Shown here piece by piece: positions 9,052-17,542 of a DNA stretch of 64,000 nt (its first letter is position 1; each line of letters starts with the position of its first letter). Source of the DNA: Mangrovicoccus sp. Lineage in GTDB: Bacteria; Pseudomonadota; Alphaproteobacteria; Rhodobacterales; Rhodobacteraceae. Position numbers and translations under genes: made by a program. Under the pieces are notes generated by a model. It did not search any database. It saw only the letters and a list, made by a program, of their open reading frames with translations, and was not told the DNA's origin. The stretch is from contig JAOXSB010000073.1 of NCBI GenBank assembly GCA_025800345.1, forward strand, positions 21,467-85,466. The letters are read 5' to 3'.

Positions 9052-10442
9052 AGGGCCCGCTGGATATTGTTCTGGCTGGTCCGCACGAAGCCGGTATCCG
9101 GTCTCTGCTCGCGCAGGGTGCCGGTGCCGAGCGTTCCGCCTACATGCTTTTTGGGACAGCGGCGATTGAGAAAGACCCCTGGACGGACTCTGCTCGCACA
9201 CGACTCATTTCGCATGCATTCATCGACCTCGATGATGACGACGTGGTCTCAGCCTCCGAGCGCCACGTGACGTGGCAAACTGATAGTTTCATGCGATTGC
9301 TTGGTCGCGCCAAGTCCGGTGGCCTGGTTCCCGCCATCGTTCATACCCATCCAAAGGGCCGGGCCCGTTTTTCCAAACAAGATGACCGGAACGAGGCGGA
9401 ACTTGCGCGGACCGCCCTGTTCAAGGGTGCACCCGGACTAATTAGCGTTTTGATTGCGAGCGACGGCGAGATTGCCGTGAGGATTTGGCGCTCGGCTGAA
9501 AAGCCAACGGCCATCAGGCGTATTCTTCACACAGGACCGCGTCTGGCCCTCACCGCAGAGAACGGTAGCGAGCTGGGCTTTCTGGACCGTCAAACCCGAC
9601 TTTTCGGCGATCAGGCCAATGCAATGATCACGCAGTTTCGCTGCGGCATTTCCGGAGGGGGCGCTACGGGAAGCGCAGTGTTGCCTTTGCTGATGCGTCT
9701 TGGCGTGCGCGAGGCGGTCCTCTGCGAAAAGGACCATGCTGAAGATACAAATCTCAACAGGCTCCATGGCGCACGACAGGAGGATGTCGACGCTCATCGA
9801 GCCAAGGCTGACATTCATGCTCGGACAGTTACGGAGGCCGATCTTGGCATGTCATTGGTAACCATCGATGCCTGGGCCGGTGAGCCATGCACATGGGACG
9901 CATTGAGGTCTTGTGATGTGATTTTCTGTTGCACGGATGATCACGCCGGTCGACTCTTTCTGAACCGCTTCGCCCGTTTCTATGGCATTGCGGTCATCGA
10001 TGTCGGTCTCGCAATGCAGCGTCGCGATGCTCAGTCGTTCGATCTGTTTGCCCGGGTTACCACCCTTGTGCCCGGACACCCCTGTCTGCTCTGCGGCGGG
10101 TTCATCAACCCGCAACGCGCGCGCGAGGAAGCCCTGCAGCGGACTGATCCGGAGGCTTATGAAAAACTGAAAGAGGAAGCCTATCTGCTTGGTGAGGGTG
10201 ACCCCTCCCCTGCCGTTGTGACCTTCACGACAGAGGCGGGTGCCATGGCGGTCAATGAATGGCTGACCGGTATCACCGGATTTGCCGGAGCAAACGGAAT
10301 GGCACCGACGCGGATGCGCCGGTTTCACGCGCGCGATGAGCGTTTTCCTGAGATTTCGCCGCGCCCGGGTTGCCCGTGTTGTGATGCAACTGAAACGCTG
10401 GGCCGGGGAGACATGACACCCTTTCTGGACATGGTGACGTGA
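9048..10442 (+). CDS. JAB/JAMM deubiquitinase-like peptidase fused to E1-like (ThiF/MoeB) adenylyltransferase
   Basis: Intact JAMM motif HTHPKGRARFSKQD (HxHx7Sx2D). Rossmann GGGATGS, NLNR, CTDD. Paired CLLC and CPCC zinc site as in ThiF/MoeB. ATGA overlap with the upstream gene. Confidence 0.85.
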   Translation: MKGPLDIVLAGPHEAGIRSLLAQGAGAERSAYMLFGTAAIEKDPWTDSARTRLISHAFIDLDDDDVVSASERHVTWQTDSFMRLLGRAKSGGLVPAIVHTHPKGRARFSKQDDRNEAELARTALFKGAPGLISVLIASDGEIAVRIWRSAEKPTAIRRILHTGPRLALTAENGSELGFLDRQTRLFGDQANAMITQFRCGISGGGATGSAVLPLLMRLGVREAVLCEKDHAEDTNLNRLHGARQEDVDAHRAKADIHARTVTEADLGMSLVTIDAWAGEPCTWDALRSCDVIFCCTDDHAGRLFLNRFARFYGIAVIDVGLAMQRRDAQSFDLFARVTTLVPGHPCLLCGGFINPQRAREEALQRTDPEAYEKLKEEAYLLGEGDPSPAVVTFTTEAGAMAVNEWLTGITGFAGANGMAPTRMRRFHARDERFPEISPRPGCPCCDATETLGRGDMTPFLDMVT

Positions 10443-10443
10443 G

Positions 10444-10815
10444 ATGAAAAAGCTATTGGCAAACCTGCTTCGGCAGCTTGGAGTGCTGAGGTATGACTAT
10501 CTGGTGAGCAGGCAGGACGCCTTTCCGCAAACGCCTGAATCAGAACCGGACGAGTTAATCCTGGTCGAGAGCGGCGCGATCCAAAAATGGGCCTGTCTCT
10601 CCTGCCCTGGCGGCTGCGGCGAGAGGATCGCTTTGTCTCTCAACCCAGATCGCCGACCTCGCTGGAGCATTAGGACAGATTTCTGGCAGAGACCCACACT
10701 CCACCCGTCGGTGCATCAGCAAAATGACTGTGGATGCCACTTCTGGGTCAAAAAGGGTCAGGTTCATTGGTGCAAGGGTGGGCGGCCGCAATCACCGAAC
10801 AAGAGAATGGAATGA
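10444..10815 (+). CDS. DUF6527-like small Cys-rich protein
   Basis: 123 aa with CLSCPGGCGE...TLHPSV...CGCHFWVKKGQVHW, matching my memory of the DUF6527 signature (xPS...C.SH.W...G.v.W). It starts 1 nt after the E1 stop. Confidence 0.7.
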   Translation: MKKLLANLLRQLGVLRYDYLVSRQDAFPQTPESEPDELILVESGAIQKWACLSCPGGCGERIALSLNPDRRPRWSIRTDFWQRPTLHPSVHQQNDCGCHFWVKKGQVHWCKGGRPQSPNKRME

Positions 10816-10888
10816 CACAAATGGTTTGCGAGCGAATAAAGCGATCGGGATATCGCGGCACACGGCCCGCACAGGTGGGGGCGTATCG

Positions 10889-11590
10889 ATGCGTTTCGCT
10901 TTAGACGAGGGCAAACGAGTTGAAGCCACCCCAGGCGCCAAAGGCAAATGCCCAGGATGTGGTGCAGAACTCATCGCACGATGCGGAACCAAGAAAGTTT
11001 GGCACTGGGCCCATAAAGGTCAGCGGCATTGCGACCACTGGTGGGAAAACGAAACGCAGTGGCATCGGGACTGGAAGAACCACTTCCCGTCTGATTGGCA
11101 GGAGATCCCAGCTCGAGATGAAGCGGGTGAACTTCATATCGCAGACATCAAGACGCCAAAGGGTTTGGTTGTCGAGTTTCAGCACTCTTACATCAAGCCA
11201 ACAGAGGCCTGTAAGAGAACAGAGTTTCACAACCCGATGTTTTGGGTTGTCGATGGAACTAGGCGAAAGACGGATCCCAAGCAGTTTCAAACAGCACTGA
11301 AAGACGGCTTAGAACATCCAACGAAGGATGGGCTTGTTCAACAGATTTGGGTCTATGATTCACGGCTGATCAAAGAATGGGTTCACGTCGGAGTAATCGT
11401 TGCATTCGATTTTGGCAAAGACACAGTTTGGATCCTCCGTCGAATTAAGAACGATTGGGTATATGGATTTGAGTACCCGAAACTCAAACTGGTCGAGCAT
11501 ATCTCTGAAAGCAGGCCCATCCCCGATGTGTTATTTGGCCAGCCTGAACGTCGGACAGCAAGATACCGTCGCCGCCGGGCCAGATTTTGA
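10889..11590 (+). CDS. CoiA-like (competence protein CoiA family) putative nuclease
   Basis: N-terminal CPGCGAELIARCGTKKVWHWAH zinc-ribbon plus HCDHWWENETQWHRDWK and ADIKT...VVEFQHS core resemble the CoiA family. ATG 10889 is chosen over track start 10724, which overlaps the previous gene. Confidence 0.7.
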   Translation: MRFALDEGKRVEATPGAKGKCPGCGAELIARCGTKKVWHWAHKGQRHCDHWWENETQWHRDWKNHFPSDWQEIPARDEAGELHIADIKTPKGLVVEFQHSYIKPTEACKRTEFHNPMFWVVDGTRRKTDPKQFQTALKDGLEHPTKDGLVQQIWVYDSRLIKEWVHVGVIVAFDFGKDTVWILRRIKNDWVYGFEYPKLKLVEHISESRPIPDVLFGQPERRTARYRRRRARF

Positions 11591-11791
11591 CTAATAAGGC
11601 GGCTTCTTAGCGGCTGATTGTCTGGTGCCTGAAGCGATTCCTAGATTGGCTTCTCAATGTCAGCTTTTAGGTTGTGAGGTTAGTCATTCCGCACGTGCAG
11701 CGAATGGCGACTCTCCGCCCCGTATCAACGCCTGATAATGTCTTCAGCCCAGCGCAATCTCAATCGTCGATCCCTATCAGGTTTGCGAACA

Positions 11792-11820
11792 GCCCCGGAA
11801 GGAATTCGGGGCCGTTTTCT
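11792..11820 (+). terminator. Hairpin GCCCCG-N9-CGGGGC followed by T-run; likely terminator of the island operon
   Basis: Read directly from the sequence: gccccggaaggaattcggggccgttttct. Confidence 0.5.
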
Positions 11821-11899
11821 CATATCATCTGCCAAAATGACCTATTGAAACGTTTAGGTCATGTCACGTGAAACGCCACACGCACATTACCGGCGCAGT

Positions 11900-14170
11900 T
11901 TAGCCGCTACATTTGGAATAGCCGCAACTGCCGCAGGTCATGCAGCCTTCAAGCATCCGCATCTCATAGGCCCCGCAACTGTCACAGGCTTTGCCCCGTG
12001 GGCGGGCCGTATCAATCATGTCATGGGGATCAGATTTCAGCCCTTGGCCTTCGCCATCGATAAAGCCGATGGCCACCATATGGCGCTCCACCACGCCGCC
12101 GATCGCCGCCAGGATCGAGGGCACATATTTGCCTTCCATCCAGGCCCCGCCGCGCGGGTCGAACACGGCTTTGAGCTCTTCCACCACGAAAGACACATCG
12201 CCGCCGCGCCGGAACACCGCCGAAATCATCCGGGTCAGCGCCACGGTCCAGGCGTAATGCTCCATATTCTTGGAGTTGATGAAAACCTCAAAGGGCCGGC
12301 GGCGCCCGTTCACCTCAATATCGTTGAGAGTGATATAGATCGCGTGCTCGCTTTCGGGCCAACGCAGCTTATAGGTATGCCCTTCGAGAGCACGGGGCCG
12401 ATCCAGCGGCTCGGTCAGATGCACCACATCGCCGCTCACCACCGGGGCGGGGGCGGCGGTTTCCTTGGGCTTTTCTTCGGCAACGCTCAGCACCGAGCCG
12501 GTCACATCATTGGGCCGGTAGGTGGTGCAGCCTTTGCAGCCCTGATCCCAAGCGGCCAGATAAACATCTTTGAAATCCTCAAAGCTGATATCTTCGGGGC
12601 AGTTGATAGTTTTGGAGATGCTGGAATCGATCCAGCGCTGCGCGGCGGCCTGCATGCGCACATGATCCATAGGTGCCAGGGTCTGCGCATTGACGAAATG
12701 ATCGGGCAGCGGCGCATCGCCCTTGAGCTCGCGCCACATCTGCACCGCGTAATCGGTCACTTCTTCTTCGGTGCGGGTGCCATCTTTTTGCAGCACTTTG
12801 CGGGTGTAGCTATAGGCAAAGACCGGCTCGATCCCGCTGGACACATTGCCCGCGTAAAGGCTGATGGTGCCAGTGGGCGCGATCGAGGTCAGCAGCGCGT
12901 TGCGAATGCCATGCTCGCTCACCGCCGCGCGCACATCCTCGCCCATGCCTTGCATAGTGCCGCTGGCCAAATAAGCGTCGCGGTCAAACAGGGGGAAGGG
13001 GCCTTTTTCCGCCGCCAGATCGACCGAGGCCAGATAAGCGGCGCGGGCAAGCGCCCCCAACCATTGATCGGTCAGACGCGCCGCTTCCTCGGATCCATAA
13101 CGCTCCCCTACCATCAGCAAAGCATCGGCCAGCCCGGTCACCCCAAGGCCGATCCGGCGCTTGGCCGCGGCTTCTTGCGCCTGCGCTTCCAAGGGGAATT
13201 GGCTGGCATCCACCACATTATCCATCATGCGCACGGCGAGGCGCACCAGATCATCCAACGCCGCCTCATCAAGCCCTGCATCGGGGCCAAACGGGTCTTT
13301 GACCAGCCGCGCCAGATTGATCGAGCCCAGCAAACAGGCCCCATAGGGCGGCAATGGCTGCTCGCCGCAAGGATTGGTGGCGGCGATGCTTTCGCAATAG
13401 GCCAGGTTATTGGCGGTGTTGATCCGGTCGATGAAAATCACCCCGGGCTCGGCGAAATCATAAGTGGATTGCATGATCGCATCCCACAGCGCCCGGGCCT
13501 GCACCGTGCGATAGACCGTCCCGTCAAACACCAGATCCCAAGCCCGGTCCGCTTTCACCGCTTCCATGAACGGATCGGTGATCAGCACCGAAAGATTGAA
13601 CATGCGCAGCCGCGCCGGATCGGATTTGGCCGAGATAAACGCCTCGATATCAGGGTGGTCACAGCGCATGGTGGCCATCATCGCGCCCCGGCGCGAGCCC
13701 GCGGACATGATGGTCCGGCACATCGCATCCCAAACATCCATAAAGCTCAGCGGGCCAGACGCATCCGCCGCCACCCCATGTACTGGCGCGCCTTTGGGCC
13801 GGATGGTGGAGAAATCATAGCCGATCCCGCCCCCTTGCTGCATGGTCAGGGCGGCTTCTTTGAGCATATCGAAAATCCCCGACATCGTGTCGGGAATCGT
13901 GCCCATAACAAAACAGTTAAACAGCGTTACCGCCCGGCCAGTGCCCGCACCGGCGGTGATCCGCCCCGCTGGCAGGAATTTGAAATCCTCAAGCGCCTCA
14001 TAAAATTTCGGCTCCCAAGCGGCGGGATCTTTTTCCTGCTCGGCCAAGGCCTTGGCAATGCGCTGCCAACTGTCTTCGATACTATGATCTACCGGGGCAC
14101 CGTCGGCGTCCTTAAGGCGGTATTTCATATCCCAAATCTGCTCGGCAATGGGCGCAGAGAATCGGCTCAT
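11900..14170 (-). CDS. nrdJ: Vitamin B12-dependent (class II) ribonucleotide reductase
   Basis: Strong family resemblance throughout (TNPCGEQPL, SISKTIN). C-terminal Cys-rich tail CDSCG...CMTCGSCGYSKC. ATG 14170 (MSRFSAPIAEQIW) is preferred to the upstream track start. Confidence 0.9.
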   Translation of the reverse strand: MSRFSAPIAEQIWDMKYRLKDADGAPVDHSIEDSWQRIAKALAEQEKDPAAWEPKFYEALEDFKFLPAGRITAGAGTGRAVTLFNCFVMGTIPDTMSGIFDMLKEAALTMQQGGGIGYDFSTIRPKGAPVHGVAADASGPLSFMDVWDAMCRTIMSAGSRRGAMMATMRCDHPDIEAFISAKSDPARLRMFNLSVLITDPFMEAVKADRAWDLVFDGTVYRTVQARALWDAIMQSTYDFAEPGVIFIDRINTANNLAYCESIAATNPCGEQPLPPYGACLLGSINLARLVKDPFGPDAGLDEAALDDLVRLAVRMMDNVVDASQFPLEAQAQEAAAKRRIGLGVTGLADALLMVGERYGSEEAARLTDQWLGALARAAYLASVDLAAEKGPFPLFDRDAYLASGTMQGMGEDVRAAVSEHGIRNALLTSIAPTGTISLYAGNVSSGIEPVFAYSYTRKVLQKDGTRTEEEVTDYAVQMWRELKGDAPLPDHFVNAQTLAPMDHVRMQAAAQRWIDSSISKTINCPEDISFEDFKDVYLAAWDQGCKGCTTYRPNDVTGSVLSVAEEKPKETAAPAPVVSGDVVHLTEPLDRPRALEGHTYKLRWPESEHAIYITLNDIEVNGRRRPFEVFINSKNMEHYAWTVALTRMISAVFRRGGDVSFVVEELKAVFDPRGGAWMEGKYVPSILAAIGGVVERHMVAIGFIDGEGQGLKSDPHDMIDTARPRGKACDSCGAYEMRMLEGCMTCGSCGYSKCSG

Positions 14171-14279
14171 GGTGGGCGGTCCTGTCAGAATCGTCGGATG
14201 CGGTGAAAGAGGCCCCACCCTATTGCAACCCGCTATAGCTAGTCTACCATAAAGCGCAGACAACAAGGACTAGAGAAAA

Positions 14280-14711
14280 ATGGCAGGCAAGCTGCATCTG
14301 ATAAAGCTTTGCGTGGGCGCGGAAAAGGTCGAAGATCTGATCGCTTGGCAGGCCAGCGCCGCCGCCAAAGGCCCTGATGGACGCCCGCGCCATGTCACCC
14401 GCATGTGGCCCAAACGCGCCGCGCAATTGCTTGAGGGCGGCGCGCTCTATTGGGTTTTCAAAGGTCAGATTTTGGCCCGGCAGCGGATCTGCGCCTTTGA
14501 TGAAGTCATTGGCGAGGATGAAATCCGGCGCTGCGGCATCGTATTGGACCCCCATGTGATTCTCACCACGCCCCGGCGCAAACGCCCTTTTCAAGGCTGG
14601 CGCTATCTGGCCCATGAGGATGCGCCGCCGGATCTGGGGAGCCAGCGCGATAGCGAGGCCCCTTTGCCCCCCGAACTCCAAGCCGCCTTGGCCGAGATCG
14701 GCGTGCGGTGA
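14280..14711 (+). CDS. DUF1489 family protein
   Basis: N-terminus MAGKLHLIKLCVGAEKVEDLIAWQ is typical of the alphaproteobacterial DUF1489 family. Confidence 0.7.
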   Translation: MAGKLHLIKLCVGAEKVEDLIAWQASAAAKGPDGRPRHVTRMWPKRAAQLLEGGALYWVFKGQILARQRICAFDEVIGEDEIRRCGIVLDPHVILTTPRRKRPFQGWRYLAHEDAPPDLGSQRDSEAPLPPELQAALAEIGVR

Positions 14712-14987
14712 TCAACTCACCCCTTGGGCGGCTTCTGGATGATCTGACATAAAGCGATGCAGCGTGGAATAAAGCTGGCGCGCATGGGTGAGATTATCAT
14801 CATGCAGCGCGGCGCGAATATCATCGCAAATCATTTCTTGCACCCGCTGCGGGCCTTTATGGCTGTGCAAGAGATAATTGGCCAAGCAGGCCGCCGAAAC
14901 TTGCGGAATATGCTCATGTTCAGCAATGGCATTGACCTCAGCGGCGGTTAAATCCGTCATGCCCACAATATCGTCTTTTGTAATCAT
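14712..14987 (-). CDS. Hypothetical small protein
   Basis: 91-aa ORF with coding-like composition. No recognisable domain. Confidence 0.5.
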   Translation of the reverse strand: MITKDDIVGMTDLTAAEVNAIAEHEHIPQVSAACLANYLLHSHKGPQRVQEMICDDIRAALHDDNLTHARQLYSTLHRFMSDHPEAAQGVS

Positions 14988-15122
14988 TTTTGGCTCCCCC
15001 CAAAAAACACTGACCTTACTTCACAAGATTAAACTAAATTTTCTTAACGCAATCTGACTCAGGTCAAAGCATGCATATATTCAAAGCTGTATTTTCTGCG
15101 TATCAATTAATGGAGGCCTCAA

Positions 15123-15308
15123 ATGATCCGGCTTGCGATGATTCTTTATTCTTTGATTGGCACCACCTTGGCGGGCAGCTTAGTGGTGGTGGCTTTGGTG
15201 GCAGGGTTTGACGATCTGCAAGGCATCCTCGCCGCCGCTGTTATCGGCGCTGTGCTGTCGATCCCGGTCTCGCTCTTTGTGGCTAAGCAGATCACCGCAC
15301 GGGGTTAG
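15123..15308 (+). CDS. Small hydrophobic membrane protein
   Basis: 61 aa with two predicted TM stretches. GGAGG lies just upstream of the ATG. Confidence 0.5.
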   Translation: MIRLAMILYSLIGTTLAGSLVVVALVAGFDDLQGILAAAVIGAVLSIPVSLFVAKQITARG

Positions 15309-16041
15309 ACGGCCGGGCGCTGAACAAGGCGCAGCCCAGTGTTTCCCGCAGGGCTGCCACCAGTTCATCCAGGGTTTCGGCATCCACATAGCGCCCGCCG
15401 GTGTGATCGGCCAAACAGCGCGTGGCGCTTTGCCCATCGGTATATCCGGGATCTTGCCGGTCCCAGGAAAAGTAATCGCCGCGCATTTTAAAGCCGATCA
15501 CATGCACGGTCAGTCCCGGTCGTTCGGCCGCAAGCTGCGCCGCCAAAGCGCAGGGCGCGCCGCCACAGGTTTCTTTGCCATCAGTGACCAGAACAATGGT
15601 GCTTGATTGCGCTGCCGGGTCAAGCGCCCCGGCGGCCTGGCGCACAGCCTCGGTCAAAGGGGTGCGCCCATCGGGTTCGAGCCCGTCCACAGCTTCGATA
15701 ATCGGGCCATCAGCGCGGGGCAGCGGCGGGAAGCGTAGATCGATATTCTCGCAAGCGCCCCCTTGCCCCGGACCATAGATGATCAACCCCAAGCGCCGAT
15801 GCAGAGCGATATCGGGCATCACCTGGCGCATGGCGCGGCGGGCATCGAATATGCGCGGCTCGTCTAAATGGTTGAACCCCATTTCCGACATGGAGCCAGA
15901 GCCATCAAAGACGATCATCGCGTCTTCGGTGCATTGCGGGCCTGCCCCCAACGCCCCGGCCAGCGCCGCGGAAAGCCACAAGCCAACCCCGCCCACGCGA
16001 AAGGGCCGTGCCAGTTGAGATCGGGAAAAGCGCGCAACCAT
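15292..16041 (-). CDS. von Willebrand factor A (VWA) domain protein, secreted
   Basis: MIDAS motif DGSGSM and a signal-peptide-like N-terminus from ATG 16041. The track start 16095 is an alternative. Confidence 0.7.
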   Translation of the reverse strand: MVARFSRSQLARPFRVGGVGLWLSAALAGALGAGPQCTEDAMIVFDGSGSMSEMGFNHLDEPRIFDARRAMRQVMPDIALHRRLGLIIYGPGQGGACENIDLRFPPLPRADGPIIEAVDGLEPDGRTPLTEAVRQAAGALDPAAQSSTIVLVTDGKETCGGAPCALAAQLAAERPGLTVHVIGFKMRGDYFSWDRQDPGYTDGQSATRCLADHTGGRYVDAETLDELVAALRETLGCALFSARPSNPVR

Positions 16042-16096
16042 AGCGCCACCCTGCCCAACTGGCCCCGGCCCGATCAAGCCCGACCAAGGGCGCAAA

Positions 16097-16789
16097 TCAC
16101 AAACTGATGGGCTCCATCACCACTGGTTCGATCACATCCACCCCTGGCAAGGCCGCCACCAGTTTTTCCGCCGATTGCTCGAGCAAAGGAAAGGTTTTGT
16201 AATGGCAGGGGATCACGGTTTTGAACTTGAAAAACCGCTTTGCCGCATAGCCAGCCCGCGCCATATCCATGGTGAAATGCCCGCCCGCGCAAAGAATGCC
16301 AATCTCGGGCGCATGCAGCGCTTGGATCAGCTCCATATCCATATGCAGATCCGTATCGCCGGAAATATAGACCGAGCGGCCCCCATGGCTGAGCACAAAA
16401 CCTGCCTCACCCCCCGCATAGACCGGCCCGTGATCTGAGGGCAGCGAAGAGGAATGCACCGCATGCACCATGGTCACGGCCACATCGCCCAGCATCACAG
16501 TGCCGCCCTTGTTAAAGCCCACGCCCTTGATGCCCTCGGCGCTTTCCCAATAGCTGATCAGATCAAAGATCCCGACGATGGGCAGATCGCATTCCTTGGC
16601 CAGGGCCAGGATCCCATCGCTATGGTCAAAATGGCCATGGGTCAGCAGGATATGGGTCGCCCCGGCAATCGCCTCGGCGCGCTTTTCCGGATCAAAGAGC
16701 GGATTGCTCAACCACGGATCCACCAGCAAAATTTGATCGCCAATCTCAATGCGAAAACCAGAATGGCCAAGCCATGTAAATTTCATCAT
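16097..16789 (-). CDS. Metallo-beta-lactamase fold hydrolase (UPF0173 family)
   Basis: MKFTWLGHSGF...LLTHGHFDHSDG signature. Confidence 0.85.
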   Translation of the reverse strand: MMKFTWLGHSGFRIEIGDQILLVDPWLSNPLFDPEKRAEAIAGATHILLTHGHFDHSDGILALAKECDLPIVGIFDLISYWESAEGIKGVGFNKGGTVMLGDVAVTMVHAVHSSSLPSDHGPVYAGGEAGFVLSHGGRSVYISGDTDLHMDMELIQALHAPEIGILCAGGHFTMDMARAGYAAKRFFKFKTVIPCHYKTFPLLEQSAEKLVAALPGVDVIEPVVMEPISL

Positions 16790-16834
16790 TCTCTCCCCAG
16801 TGACTCGCTCGCAGTCTAAGGAAAGCTCGCCGAA

Positions 16835-17506
16835 ATGGAACTCACGCGCGCCGTAAATGGCTATTGCGAAAGGCTTGATCCAGGCTATTGGGCCGAGCCC
16901 ATCAATGCCATTACAAATGCCGGTTTTGTCATTGCCGCTGTGATCCTATGGCCGCGGGTGGCGGGGCTGCCTTTGGCCCGAGCGCTTTGCGTGGTTCTGG
17001 CGGCAATCGGGGTGGGGTCTTATCTGTTTCACACCCATGCGCAGATTTGGGCCATGATCGCCGATGTTCTCCCGATCGGGATTTTCATCCTGCTTTATAT
17101 CTATGTGGCCAATCGCCATTACTGGGAATTGGGGCCATGGGCTGCCTTGGCCCTGACGGGGCTGTTTTTGCCCTATGCGGCGCTGTTGCTGCCGGTGTTT
17201 TCAGCCCTGCCGTTTTTCCACATCTCTGCCGCCTATTGGCCCGTGCCGCTTTTGATCGCGATTTATGCGATTTTGCTGCGAAACCGAGCACCGCAGACCG
17301 CAAAGGGGCTTGGCATAGGCGCGGCGCTCTTGGCGCTGTCTTTGAGCTTTCGCAGCCTGGACATGCCGCTTTGCCCGCAACTGCCCGTAGGAACACATTT
17401 TCTTTGGCATTTGCTCAATGCGGTAATGCTGGGCTTGGTGATTGAAACCTATCGCGCGCATATGCAACGCCGCGCAGCGGTTGCAGCCGCGCAGGCACAG
17501 GGGTAA
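16835..17506 (+). CDS. Ceramidase-like integral membrane protein
   Basis: Seven hydrophobic segments. The N-terminal YCE...EPINAITN motif is typical of the alkaline ceramidase-like family. Confidence 0.65.
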   Translation: MELTRAVNGYCERLDPGYWAEPINAITNAGFVIAAVILWPRVAGLPLARALCVVLAAIGVGSYLFHTHAQIWAMIADVLPIGIFILLYIYVANRHYWELGPWAALALTGLFLPYAALLLPVFSALPFFHISAAYWPVPLLIAIYAILLRNRAPQTAKGLGIGAALLALSLSFRSLDMPLCPQLPVGTHFLWHLLNAVMLGLVIETYRAHMQRRAAVAAAQAQG

Positions 17507-17542
17507 AGCGGCGAGTGATTTGACAGACGGAGGCCGGCCCCC

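Larger units (their letters stand above)
1..11830. other. Accessory / defence-type genomic island (right-hand part; left edge outside window)
   Basis: Gene content is entirely accessory: XRE, AbiE TA, helicase-nuclease, Ubl-E2/JAB-E1, CoiA-like. Sampled lines are visibly more AT-rich than the core. It ends at a hairpin terminator and converges on nrdJ. Confidence 0.6.

Noticed and set aside
8185-9201. 338-aa minus-strand ORF antisense to the Ubl-E2 gene inside the island
   Set aside because: It is striking in length but has no recognisable motif or RBS context. The plus strand carries clear Multi_ubiq/E2-like features and is operon-coupled. An antisense product cannot be fully excluded without expression data.
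11861-14206. 781-aa plus-strand ORF covering almost all of nrdJ in antisense
   Set aside because: Its composition is Gly/His/Arg/Ala-rich and low in complexity, with no motifs. The opposite strand encodes an unmistakable class II RNR. Long mirror ORFs are expected in high-GC DNA.
14171-14280. Cobalamin riboswitch or NrdR boxes upstream of nrdJ
   Set aside because: No B12-box-like core is visible. Only short palindromes (GCTATAGC, TAGCTA) are present, and they do not match the 16-bp NrdR box well or show the expected two-box spacing. This would need a PWM scan to decide.
16888-17445. 185-aa alternative plus-strand frame inside the ceramidase-like membrane gene
   Set aside because: It is Gly/Arg/Ala-rich and an off-frame product. 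The annotated frame gives regular transmembrane segments.
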